Shown: in pieces, positions 28,978 through 37,543 of the stretch | How the letters are laid out: every line of letters starts with the position of its first letter | Numbering within the stretch: the stretch's first letter is position 1 | From: Polyangiaceae bacterium | GTDB taxonomy: Bacteria > Myxococcota_A > Polyangia > Polyangiales > Polyangiaceae | DNA: 45,014 bases | NCBI GenBank assembly: GCA_033763455.1 | Contig: JANRKO010000057.1 | Coordinates: 1-45,014, forward strand | Direction: 5' to 3' | Notes under the pieces: model-generated | Database searches by the model: none | What the model was told of the DNA's origin: nothing | Seen by the model: the letters and a program-made list of their open reading frames with translations, nothing else | Made by a program: the position numbers and the translations under genes

Positions 28978-29901
28978 ATGCCCTCGCTCAAAACCACCCC
29001 TGACGAGATTGTGCGCTGGCTCGGCCTGCGGTTTCGTGTCCCGTGTGATTGGCAGATGGTGCGCCACAGCAAAAACCCCGAGAAGGGCTCGGTGGTGTTT
29101 GTGGATAGGCGGCGGGAGCGATTAGAGGTGCACTGGCAAGATTGTTCGAACGAGCCGGATCTAGAACGCATGGTTGATAACCAGCGCTCGTTAGCGAAAA
29201 AGCAGGATCCTGAGGCGCACACAGAGTTTCTGCGGGGGCTCGGCAATTGGCGCGGGCTGCGCACGCAATCTAAAGGGGCCGTGTTGAGCCGGGCTGTGCG
29301 TTTTGATCCGAAGACGCAACGCTTGGTGGATTTGGTCGTAAGTTCCTCGGAAGACGAAGACGTGAGCGATTTTTTTCCGTGGTTCTGCCGACACGTTGAA
29401 GTTGAGGCCAAAGGCCCTGACGCGTTGCGGTGGGCCTGCTTTGACATCGATCTCACCATGCCCGAGGGCTACAGGTTGCGCGATGCGGACATAAAGCCGT
29501 GCGACGCCTCTCTCGAATTTGAAGAAGTTGAGGCCGAAGGTGAGGCGCGGGTGCGAAGGCGCATCCGAGTCCGCCGGTTGGGTTTGGTCGACTCTTGGTA
29601 CACAGGCGATCCCGCGGGGCTGCTCCGGGCTCAGTCCGCCAAGCTAAGATTCAACGAGTTTACCCAACTCACGGAGGGGACTCATCCGGCGACCGAAGGC
29701 CGCGCGGTCGAGCCGACCACCTTAATCCCTAGGCTTGCCGGCCGGCAGGTGCATGCTCGGGTGCGGCTTTGGCATTGCGAGCCAGAAAACGCCTTGTACG
29801 AGGTCACATGCTCGGGCTATCGGAGTGCGCCCAATTGGCCCACCGATTTGAAGGTACACTGCCGCCCCCACGACCATGACCCGGGCTCCCGAGAAGCTTG
29901 A
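28978..29901 (+). CDS. Hypothetical soluble protein with apparent internal duplication (first gene of transporter operon)
   Basis: Two similar segments, WLGLRFRVPCDWQM and WACFDIDLTMPEGYRL. No signal peptide or TM. The stop overlaps the next gene. Confidence 0.65.
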   Translation: MPSLKTTPDEIVRWLGLRFRVPCDWQMVRHSKNPEKGSVVFVDRRRERLEVHWQDCSNEPDLERMVDNQRSLAKKQDPEAHTEFLRGLGNWRGLRTQSKGAVLSRAVRFDPKTQRLVDLVVSSSEDEDVSDFFPWFCRHVEVEAKGPDALRWACFDIDLTMPEGYRLRDADIKPCDASLEFEEVEAEGEARVRRRIRVRRLGLVDSWYTGDPAGLLRAQSAKLRFNEFTQLTEGTHPATEGRAVEPTTLIPRLAGRQVHARVRLWHCEPENALYEVTCSGYRSAPNWPTDLKVHCRPHDHDPGSREA

Positions 29902-30256
29902 TCCCTCTCAGATGCTCGATCTGGTGCCTGCCGCCAATCGTGCGGTCCGGGCGGAAGAGCGCGGTCAGACTCTGATCCTCTACGTTCCGATTCAGCGGCG
30001 CTGGTGGATGCGTGGTCCGTTCGGGTGGCTGCTTCCGTTTCGAAAGGAGAAGGGGATTGCCCTCGACTCCTTAGGGCGAGAGGTCTGGGAAGCTTGTGAT
30101 GGCACGCGCACGATTGAGGATATCGCTGAGGGTTTTGCCGCGCGCCACCGCGTGAGATTTCATGAAGCGAAGCTAAGCGTCACCACCTTCCTGCGTTCGC
30201 TCGTTGAGCGCCGGGTCGTGGTGCTCGTGCTTACGGAGCCGGTGAACAGCCAATGA
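29876..30256 (+). CDS. PqqD-family / RiPP recognition element (RRE)-like protein
   Basis: LDSLGREVWEACDGTRTIEDIA...AKLSVTTFLRSLVERRVV is the PqqD winged-helix signature. Confidence 0.85.
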   Translation: MTRAPEKLDPSQMLDLVPAANRAVRAEERGQTLILYVPIQRRWWMRGPFGWLLPFRKEKGIALDSLGREVWEACDGTRTIEDIAEGFAARHRVRFHEAKLSVTTFLRSLVERRVVVLVLTEPVNSQ

Positions 30257-31722
30257 AGGCGATTGTTGCAAAGAGTCAGGTGGCCCTAGGGCCTGCTCGG
30301 GGTGCCCAGCTTGCGCTTTCCGGCATGTCGTACCGGATGTTTCGCTCTGCAGTTACGATCGCGATCTTGGCGCTCGCCACCGCCTTTCTCGTGCACATGT
30401 TGGTTTATGGCCTTTTAGCGGGTCAAACCGAGCGAAATGCCTACCGTGATCTGCAGCGGTTGCGCGCGTTTGGCGAACAGATCACCCGCCTCGCGCATGT
30501 GGATGCGCCGACGAAGATCATGGCCACCTTGGCCGCGGGTGAGCCGTCGCGCTTGCGTGAATACCGCGGCTGGGCCAAGGGCGATGCGAGCGAGTTTGAC
30601 CGCGCTCATCGTGTCGCTGAACGCCTCTCACGTGTTCGCCAGTCGCTCGTGGAATTGCCGCCCACCGCGCAAGCTGTGCTGCTTGGTGATCTCACAGCGG
30701 ACGAACTCCTTGAGTCTCTTCGTCAACCGGAGCAGCTCACGTTGTTCACCAAGAAGCTCGCACAACTTCAGCTCGGCTCCCAAGCAATCGATCAAGTCGA
30801 GCTCGTGCGTTTGGTAAGCACGGAAATGGGCGCGTTGCACGACGTGACGGCTCGCATCGGTGCGGGGCATCTCGCAGCTGTGACCAGCTTTGCGGCTCAC
30901 TATCCTGAAAAAAGTGCGGAGGTGATCGCGGCGGAGCCCCCAGCTGATTTTGAGCGCACGCTCCAGAAACTAGGGTTTTTCAAGGATGCGGAGCTCTCGG
31001 AGCTCGCAGCATTCGCGAGCAATGCCCGCGACGAGCGCACCATCGGGGAGCTTCTGCTAGAGGCGGATGTTCGCAGCCAAGTCGCTCGCGAGCTGAACCT
31101 TTTGCCCAAAGATGTCGATCTCAAGAAGACTCTCGCGTATGCGGCGGACGGTGGGCACGCAGAATGGTTGGCGGGTGTGCTCGCTCAGGTAAGCGCTCCC
31201 AAGAACCTTACCGGTGAACGAGTACACGAGCTGGCCGAAGCGTACGGTCGTCGCTCAACTCTAGAGGAGATGCTCGGAGATCGCGTGCCAAATGACGGCG
31301 GGGGTTTCTTGGGTTTGCCCGAAAGGCTGCGTTGGTTGGTGGTGCTTTCTTTCTTGGTGTGCGTTGTTGGCGTGGCCAATGCCATGTTGATGAGCGTTAC
31401 CGAGCGTTTCACTGAAATCGCCACGATGAAGTGCCTGGGGGCGATGGACGGCTTTGTGATGATGATGTTCGTGTTTGAGGCGGCTATTCAGGGCGTGATT
31501 GGCGGCCTGGCTGGCCTCGTGCTTGGGTTATTGCTGGCGGCGTTACGCGGAGCCGTTGAATATGGTGGCCTGTTTTTCGCATTCGACGGCATGGGGCTGC
31601 AGCTTCTTCTTGCAACGCTGCTTTCCTTGTTGGTGGGTGTCGTCCTGGCTGCCTTGGCGGCGGTAGGCCCGTCCTGGGTCGCGGCCCGCCTCTCACCGAT
31701 GGAAGCAATGCGGGTCGAATAA
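30253..31722 (+). CDS. FtsX/MacB-type (type VII) ABC permease
   Basis: N-terminal TM, large extracytoplasmic domain, GVANAMLMSVTERFTEIATMKCLGA and AARLSPMEAMRVE. ATGA overlap with the PqqD gene. Confidence 0.9.
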   Translation: MKAIVAKSQVALGPARGAQLALSGMSYRMFRSAVTIAILALATAFLVHMLVYGLLAGQTERNAYRDLQRLRAFGEQITRLAHVDAPTKIMATLAAGEPSRLREYRGWAKGDASEFDRAHRVAERLSRVRQSLVELPPTAQAVLLGDLTADELLESLRQPEQLTLFTKKLAQLQLGSQAIDQVELVRLVSTEMGALHDVTARIGAGHLAAVTSFAAHYPEKSAEVIAAEPPADFERTLQKLGFFKDAELSELAAFASNARDERTIGELLLEADVRSQVARELNLLPKDVDLKKTLAYAADGGHAEWLAGVLAQVSAPKNLTGERVHELAEAYGRRSTLEEMLGDRVPNDGGGFLGLPERLRWLVVLSFLVCVVGVANAMLMSVTERFTEIATMKCLGAMDGFVMMMFVFEAAIQGVIGGLAGLVLGLLLAALRGAVEYGGLFFAFDGMGLQLLLATLLSLLVGVVLAALAAVGPSWVAARLSPMEAMRVE

Positions 31723-32483
31723 TGCAGGAAATGCGCCCCAGAGAGGCTCCGAAGAAAGCCGTCATCATCCGCACGCTTGGGCTCGAGAAGAGCTACGGCA
31801 TGGGTGATGCCACCACCTATGCTTTGCGGGGTGTCGCCGCCACTATCTACCGCTCCGAATTCATTGCCGTAATGGGCCCTTCGGGCTCCGGCAAGAGCAC
31901 CTTCTTCAACATGATCGGCGCACTCGATGCGCCTAGCAAAGGGCGTATTCTGATCGACGAAGTGGATGTGGCTCAGCTTTCCGCTGTTGAGCTCGCTTTC
32001 CTTCGCTGTCAGAAGATCGGCTACATCTTTCAGAGTTACAACCTCATCCGCTACATGACGGCACTTGAGAACGTTACCGTTCCGATGACGTTCGCGGGCG
32101 TGGTGCCCGAAGAGGCTCGGCGCCGTGGCCTCGATCTTTTGGAGCTCGTAGGCTTGAAGGAGCGCTGGGCGCACAGGCCAAGCGAGATGAGCGGCGGCCA
32201 ACAACAACGCGTGGCAATCGCCCGGTCTATGAGCAACAACCCCAAAATCCTCTTGGCAGACGAGCCCACAGCCAATCTCGATTTCAAAACGGGGCAAGAT
32301 ATTCTTGAGATCCTGCAGCGTATTAATCGAGAGCGGGGCGTTACCATCGTGTGCTCGACACACGACCACCGTCTGTTGAACGTTTGCGATCGCATCATGT
32401 GGATTCGTGATGGCCTCGTCGAACGCGTTGAGGAGCGAGAAAACATTCGGATCAAGCTCGGTACCATCGGCGGTGAAGCATGA
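31722..32483 (+). CDS. ABC transporter ATP-binding protein (LolD/MacB-type)
   Basis: [25 protein letters not shown] and STHD. TAATG overlap with the permease. Confidence 0.95.
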   Translation: MQEMRPREAPKKAVIIRTLGLEKSYGMGDATTYALRGVAATIYRSEFIAVMGPSGSGKSTFFNMIGALDAPSKGRILIDEVDVAQLSAVELAFLRCQKIGYIFQSYNLIRYMTALENVTVPMTFAGVVPEEARRRGLDLLELVGLKERWAHRPSEMSGGQQQRVAIARSMSNNPKILLADEPTANLDFKTGQDILEILQRINRERGVTIVCSTHDHRLLNVCDRIMWIRDGLVERVEERENIRIKLGTIGGEA

Positions 32484-35400
32484 GACATTGGTTGCGAATC
32501 GTCGCAGTACTTTTGCTGGCCTTAAGTGGTTCTTGGATTTGTGGGTCGCTTTTGGCCCACGCCGAAGACGCGCCGCAGAAAAGCGCTGATCCATCGGTTG
32601 TCTCACAGGGAACTCCTTCGTCCGCGTCCGCAGCGGGGGCACCGTCGGTGTCAGAGCAGGCTGCAGCGGGTGCGGGGGGCGCCGCTCAGATTGCTGATCG
32701 ACCGCTGACTCGAGAGGAGAACGCTTTTCTTTTTGACCTCCAACAGCTTACCAAACATCCGCACCGCTTAGCCGGCTCGCGCAATGGTTTTGAGGCGGCC
32801 GAGTACATTACGGCTCAGCTTGGGCACATGGGCCTCCAAACGTTCTTTGTCGACATGCCCGTGTGGCAGATGGAGACCGAGCGGTCGGAACTCTTGGTTA
32901 ACGGGCAGCGAGTTCAGGTTCACACCATGAGGCCCAATATCTCGGCCCTGTCCGTTACAGGTCCCGAGGGCGTGAGTGGGCCGCTGCGCTATGTCGGAAA
33001 AGGAACCTTGGAGGCCTACGGTGAGCGCGGGGTGGAGGGCGCTATCGTTGTGCTTGACTACGATAGCACCGGAGGCTGGCAACGTGCGTTTGCGTACGGT
33101 GCCAAGGCTGTGCTGTTCTTGGGCCATGGCGACGCCGTTGCGTCCGAGCCGAGAAATTCCGGCGTTCCCGCCAACTGGGTGCGGGCCTATGTTTCGGCGG
33201 ATCAGACCGCGGTCGATCTCACGCGCGATTACGACAAGGCCGAGCTCTTCATTGAAGGTCGCTGGCGGCGCACGGAAGGTCGAAATATTGTCGCGCGCAT
33301 TGCCGGCACCGCACCGGGCTTCGCCGGTGAAGGGGGCCAAGCTGAAGCCGTGGTGCTCTCTGCCAATTACGATACTTTTGGGGTCGTCCCGGAGCTTTCG
33401 CAAGGAGCACGGGGTGCAGCGAACGTGGCGGCGCTGTTAGAGGCCGCACAGGTGCTCAAACAAAACCCACCCAAACGCGACGTTATCCTGATGTTTTTGG
33501 ACAATCAGGCGCGTTACCACCAGGGTGCACGGGAAGTCTACGAAGCGTGGTTGTCCGATGCGGATGAGCTCACGCGTCGCGGCGAGGAGCACAGAAAAGA
33601 GTTGCTCCATGTGCGCGCGATGTCGCTTTTGCTTGAGAAGAATGGGCTCCTGTTCGATCGCGCCCCGGAGCCGCCGGGCGGTGGAGCCGCCAAGATTTGG
33701 CTCAAGCGCGCCCTGGTAGAAGCAGCCAATTTTAAGCGCGACGACGTGCGAAAGATCGTGGAGGTGATGCGCCTCAAAGCGGGGCGTGCTGGAGCCGTCG
33801 AGATTGCTCCCGAGGTTCGTCGCTTGGAGGCTGAGGCCCTGCGTTGGGACGAAATCCGACGAGCGCTTCATCAAGGTGCGCTTTCGGCCTTTGTTGAAGG
33901 TCAGGCGCGTGGCGGTGCAAACAAAGGAGAGGCCAAGCTCTACCAGACTCTCTTCCAACAACTTCAAGCAGCCTCAGGTTCACGTTTTAAGAAACGCCTG
34001 AATGAGCTCACCGCTCTGGTCGAAATGGACGATCAGAAGGTTGCGTTGCGCAAGGTGCTGGCCCCCGAGGGCAAGCCGCTGTTTATCGTGTTCCACGCGC
34101 AATATAATCTTTCGGATGGTGGCGCCACGTGGGGTGTTGTTGTCGGGGATTGGACCTACGCCCTCACGCCGTGGCGCTTACCGGCGGCTGGCACGGACGC
34201 TCCCGGGTATTACGGTGGGCTGCTCGGCGCGTTGCGCGCGACCTCAAGCCTCATTCCCCAAACGGTGAACCAGCTCGATCCCAGGACACTCACCGATCCC
34301 CTCTTTGGTCTCACGTTCGCGCCCGCGCCGTTTGCAGTTTCCAGTTCGATCGCCGGCACCTACGGCATCTACAACTTTGCTCTCATGAGCGGTGCTGATC
34401 GTCGTCCACGTGACGGGCAGCCTACCGACACGTTAGGCCGTTTGAACTGGGCCAGAGTTGAGCGTCAGGGGCTCGAAGCCACCCATCTCATGGCGGCCGC
34501 TGCGAGCTCCGCTGAAGTATCCTTGCCCCGAGTGCTCGCCGCGCAGAAGTTGAGTCGATACCCCACCTGGGACAGCGGCTCTCAAGGGGGAGATTACGCG
34601 GGGCTACAGGTCAGCGGGAGCCTGGCTGAAGATCGCCCCGCCGGCGGCGCCATGATTGCGTTGTGGCCGGGCAGTATAGCCTTTGCAGGTGCGGGAGAAG
34701 CTTGGTCGTCTTTGAAGGACGCCCAGGTTATTGCTGATTTTGAGCCGTTTGCGCTCGAGCCCGTGGATCAGAACGGTCGCTTTCGTCTGCTGGGGCTTCG
34801 GAACGATGTCCACTCCGAGATCATGGTGCTCGGCAGCTTGTTCGACCCAAATGGACGCATTCAAGCCATTAGCACGCAAGAAGGACAGGTGAAGCTCGCC
34901 ACCGAGCTTATTCGGAGCAACCTCTTCTTTGGTGAACAATATCGTTGGATGGCGCGTCGCGGCTTCGAGAGTGACCCGAAGCGCTTCAAGCTGCTCAAGG
35001 CCAATTCAGACTCGGCCTTCAGGACGAACCGTTCGCTCTGGGGGCAGCTAGGCGATCAGTATTTCGCCTATGTGTCGGATCAGATTGTCGATCGCCGGCT
35101 CAAGGTGTTCCAGGTGATGGGTGCTGCCGCGCTTGGCCCCTTCTCACCAAAGTCTCCGTACGGATCTGGGCTCGATCCAAAGGAAGTTTCTGGGAGCTTC
35201 TCGATTGCAGACAACTCCGCCAACGATCTCTGGAATCTGAACGAGGCTCGCCTAGGGCAGCTTCGGGTCCGCGGGGTGACAAGCCCCGACATTGAAGTTT
35301 TGCACAGCCGTGCGCTTCGCATCAAAGAACAAGCTAAAGCGGAGCCAGATCTTGCCAAGCAGGCAGGCGCGTTCGCTCGAAGTGCGGCGCTTTCACAGCG

Positions 35401-37531
35401 GGTCTATCTCCCGCTTCGCAATACGATGGATGATTTGGTGCATGCCATCGTGATGCTGCTCCTCCTTGCTATTCCGTTCGCGTTTGCACTTGAGCGCCTG
35501 ATTGTGTGCGCTACCACGATCTACGGGCGTTTGGCCGGCTTTACCGGGATGTTTTTGGGCACCTTTGGGCTTTTGTACTTCATGCATCCGGGCTTCGCGA
35601 TTGCAGCAACGCCGGTCATTATCTTCTTGGCGTTCGCCATTTTGCTGCTTTCGAGTTTGGTCATCTACATCGTTGTCAGAAAGTTCAAGACGGAGCTCAA
35701 GGCCATGCAGGGGCAAGCTTTGGGTGTTCACGGCCTTGAAGTTTCGCGCATGGGAACCATGTTGGCGGCGGTTGGCATGGGTATGTCCACGATGCGGCGG
35801 CGCCCAACGCGCACCACATTAACGGCCATCACGGTTGTGATTCTGACCTTTACGACGCTCGTATTCGCATCGTTTAGCCAGAAGGTTGGGCTCCGCACTA
35901 CCTACGAGGGCCCGAAGAGCCCGCACACGCGGTCATCCATTGCGATGCACCAGCTGGATTACTCCCCGTTACCGGAAGGCGTGAAGGATCTTGTATTTGG
36001 CCAGGAAGGTGTAGGCGGCCTGGTGGCCCCGTATTACTGGCTGACGAAAGATACCAAGAACAAAGCCGTAGACGTGCGTTTCTCTGTGGCTCGCGCTGAC
36101 GACGGGCGCTCCATGGCGATTGATGCTGCCATGGGTATTTCGGATGCTGAAGTGCCTCGTTGGCCGGAGCTTACTGCCACATTGGGTGAGGGAACCCCTG
36201 AGGCCAAGCGCCTTCGGCTGAAGTCTGGAGCGGTATTTTTGCCGCCCATCGTTACCGATGTACTTGAGCTCAAAGTGGGCCAGGCAATCTTGGTGAATGG
36301 CCAGCCTGCCACGTTCGGCGGTTCAGTGAATACGGCCGAGCTTCAGCGTTTGAAGCACGTGGATGGGCACAGCGTGCTGCCGGTGGATTTTCAAGCGTTG
36401 GAAAGCGGCCCAGCTCAAATTCAGGCTGACAAGAGCGAAACGGAACTTGCATTCGCCCAAGATGTGGCCCGTGATTTTGTGCATCTGAGTGCCGATCAAG
36501 TCATGATTGCCTCGTCGGATTTCGTCCAACGCTTAGGCGGCAAGCTTTTTGCGCTGGGTATCTACCCGGGCGAAGGCGTGGATGTTCAGGCACGGGGCCG
36601 AGAGTTAGCCGAGACACTGGTGATGCCGGTTTGGGCTGCCGGGCCATCGGGTGTCGAGCGGCTACTCCTCACAGAACTCACGGAGGTGTCGGGAGGATTT
36701 GCTCTGTTCGTTCCGCTCCTGCTTGGCGGCTTGATCATCTTCGGCACGCTGCTCGGATCCATCAGCGACCGGGAGCGCGAGATCTACACTTTCTCGGCGC
36801 TTGGGCTGTCCCCTGGGCACGTAGGCGTACTGTTCTTCGCCGAAGCCGCCGTCTACGCCGTGGTCGGCGGTATGGGTGGGCAGCTTTTGGCTCAGTTCGT
36901 GGCTTTGGGCGCATCGGCTCTCGCCAAGGCTGGCTACATGAAGCCTGCGGCGATCAATTTCTCGTCCACGAATTCGCTCTTCGCGATTGCTGTGGTGATG
37001 CTCACGGTGCTGGTCTCAGCTGTTTATCCGGCTGTGCGAGCCTCCCGCAGTGCCAACCCGGGTTTGGCACGAGCATGGCGGTTGCCCGCTCCCGAGCAGG
37101 ATGATCTGAAGCTGAAGTTCCCCTTCACGGTGTCGGCTTATGACATCACAGGGGTAGTAAGCTTCTTGGCTGAACACTTCCGCGCTCACGACGATGCCGG
37201 TCTGGGTAGCTTTGCGGCGTCGGACGTGAGCATTCGTCGCGGAACGCAGGGCAACTTGGAGCTCACCGGGCGTTTTGCGTTGGCTCCTTTTGACCTTGGT
37301 GTAACCCAACACCTAACGCTCATGGCGGCGCCGTCTGAGATTGAAGGTGTGGATGAAGTGGCCATCCATGTGCACCGCGAAAGCGGGGCTAGCAATGATT
37401 GGTTCCGTGCCAATGGCGTGTTCATGCGTGATCTTCGGCAACAATTCCTGCTGTGGCGTACGCTTTCGAACGACATGATCGAGCACTACCGCATGGAAAC
37501 ACTCAAAACTTTGGGGCCAAACGAGGCCTAG
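32480..37531 (+). CDS. 1683-aa fusion: signal peptide + degenerate M28 peptidase/PA domain + TM bundle + FtsX-type permease
   Basis: HRLAGS, GPLRYVG, RNIVARIAG, VVLSANYD and VAALLEAA (M28 fold), followed by RRRPTRTTLT-TM and GSISDREREIYTFSALGL (FtsX). ATGA overlap. Confidence 0.85.
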   Translation: MRHWLRIVAVLLLALSGSWICGSLLAHAEDAPQKSADPSVVSQGTPSSASAAGAPSVSEQAAAGAGGAAQIADRPLTREENAFLFDLQQLTKHPHRLAGSRNGFEAAEYITAQLGHMGLQTFFVDMPVWQMETERSELLVNGQRVQVHTMRPNISALSVTGPEGVSGPLRYVGKGTLEAYGERGVEGAIVVLDYDSTGGWQRAFAYGAKAVLFLGHGDAVASEPRNSGVPANWVRAYVSADQTAVDLTRDYDKAELFIEGRWRRTEGRNIVARIAGTAPGFAGEGGQAEAVVLSANYDTFGVVPELSQGARGAANVAALLEAAQVLKQNPPKRDVILMFLDNQARYHQGAREVYEAWLSDADELTRRGEEHRKELLHVRAMSLLLEKNGLLFDRAPEPPGGGAAKIWLKRALVEAANFKRDDVRKIVEVMRLKAGRAGAVEIAPEVRRLEAEALRWDEIRRALHQGALSAFVEGQARGGANKGEAKLYQTLFQQLQAASGSRFKKRLNELTALVEMDDQKVALRKVLAPEGKPLFIVFHAQYNLSDGGATWGVVVGDWTYALTPWRLPAAGTDAPGYYGGLLGALRATSSLIPQTVNQLDPRTLTDPLFGLTFAPAPFAVSSSIAGTYGIYNFALMSGADRRPRDGQPTDTLGRLNWARVERQGLEATHLMAAAASSAEVSLPRVLAAQKLSRYPTWDSGSQGGDYAGLQVSGSLAEDRPAGGAMIALWPGSIAFAGAGEAWSSLKDAQVIADFEPFALEPVDQNGRFRLLGLRNDVHSEIMVLGSLFDPNGRIQAISTQEGQVKLATELIRSNLFFGEQYRWMARRGFESDPKRFKLLKANSDSAFRTNRSLWGQLGDQYFAYVSDQIVDRRLKVFQVMGAAALGPFSPKSPYGSGLDPKEVSGSFSIADNSANDLWNLNEARLGQLRVRGVTSPDIEVLHSRALRIKEQAKAEPDLAKQAGAFARSAALSQRVYLPLRNTMDDLVHAIVMLLLLAIPFAFALERLIVCATTIYGRLAGFTGMFLGTFGLLYFMHPGFAIAATPVIIFLAFAILLLSSLVIYIVVRKFKTELKAMQGQALGVHGLEVSRMGTMLAAVGMGMSTMRRRPTRTTLTAITVVILTFTTLVFASFSQKVGLRTTYEGPKSPHTRSSIAMHQLDYSPLPEGVKDLVFGQEGVGGLVAPYYWLTKDTKNKAVDVRFSVARADDGRSMAIDAAMGISDAEVPRWPELTATLGEGTPEAKRLRLKSGAVFLPPIVTDVLELKVGQAILVNGQPATFGGSVNTAELQRLKHVDGHSVLPVDFQALESGPAQIQADKSETELAFAQDVARDFVHLSADQVMIASSDFVQRLGGKLFALGIYPGEGVDVQARGRELAETLVMPVWAAGPSGVERLLLTELTEVSGGFALFVPLLLGGLIIFGTLLGSISDREREIYTFSALGLSPGHVGVLFFAEAAVYAVVGGMGGQLLAQFVALGASALAKAGYMKPAAINFSSTNSLFAIAVVMLTVLVSAVYPAVRASRSANPGLARAWRLPAPEQDDLKLKFPFTVSAYDITGVVSFLAEHFRAHDDAGLGSFAASDVSIRRGTQGNLELTGRFALAPFDLGVTQHLTLMAAPSEIEGVDEVAIHVHRESGASNDWFRANGVFMRDLRQQFLLWRTLSNDMIEHYRMETLKTLGPNEA

Positions 37532-37543
37532 CAGGGACTGAAG

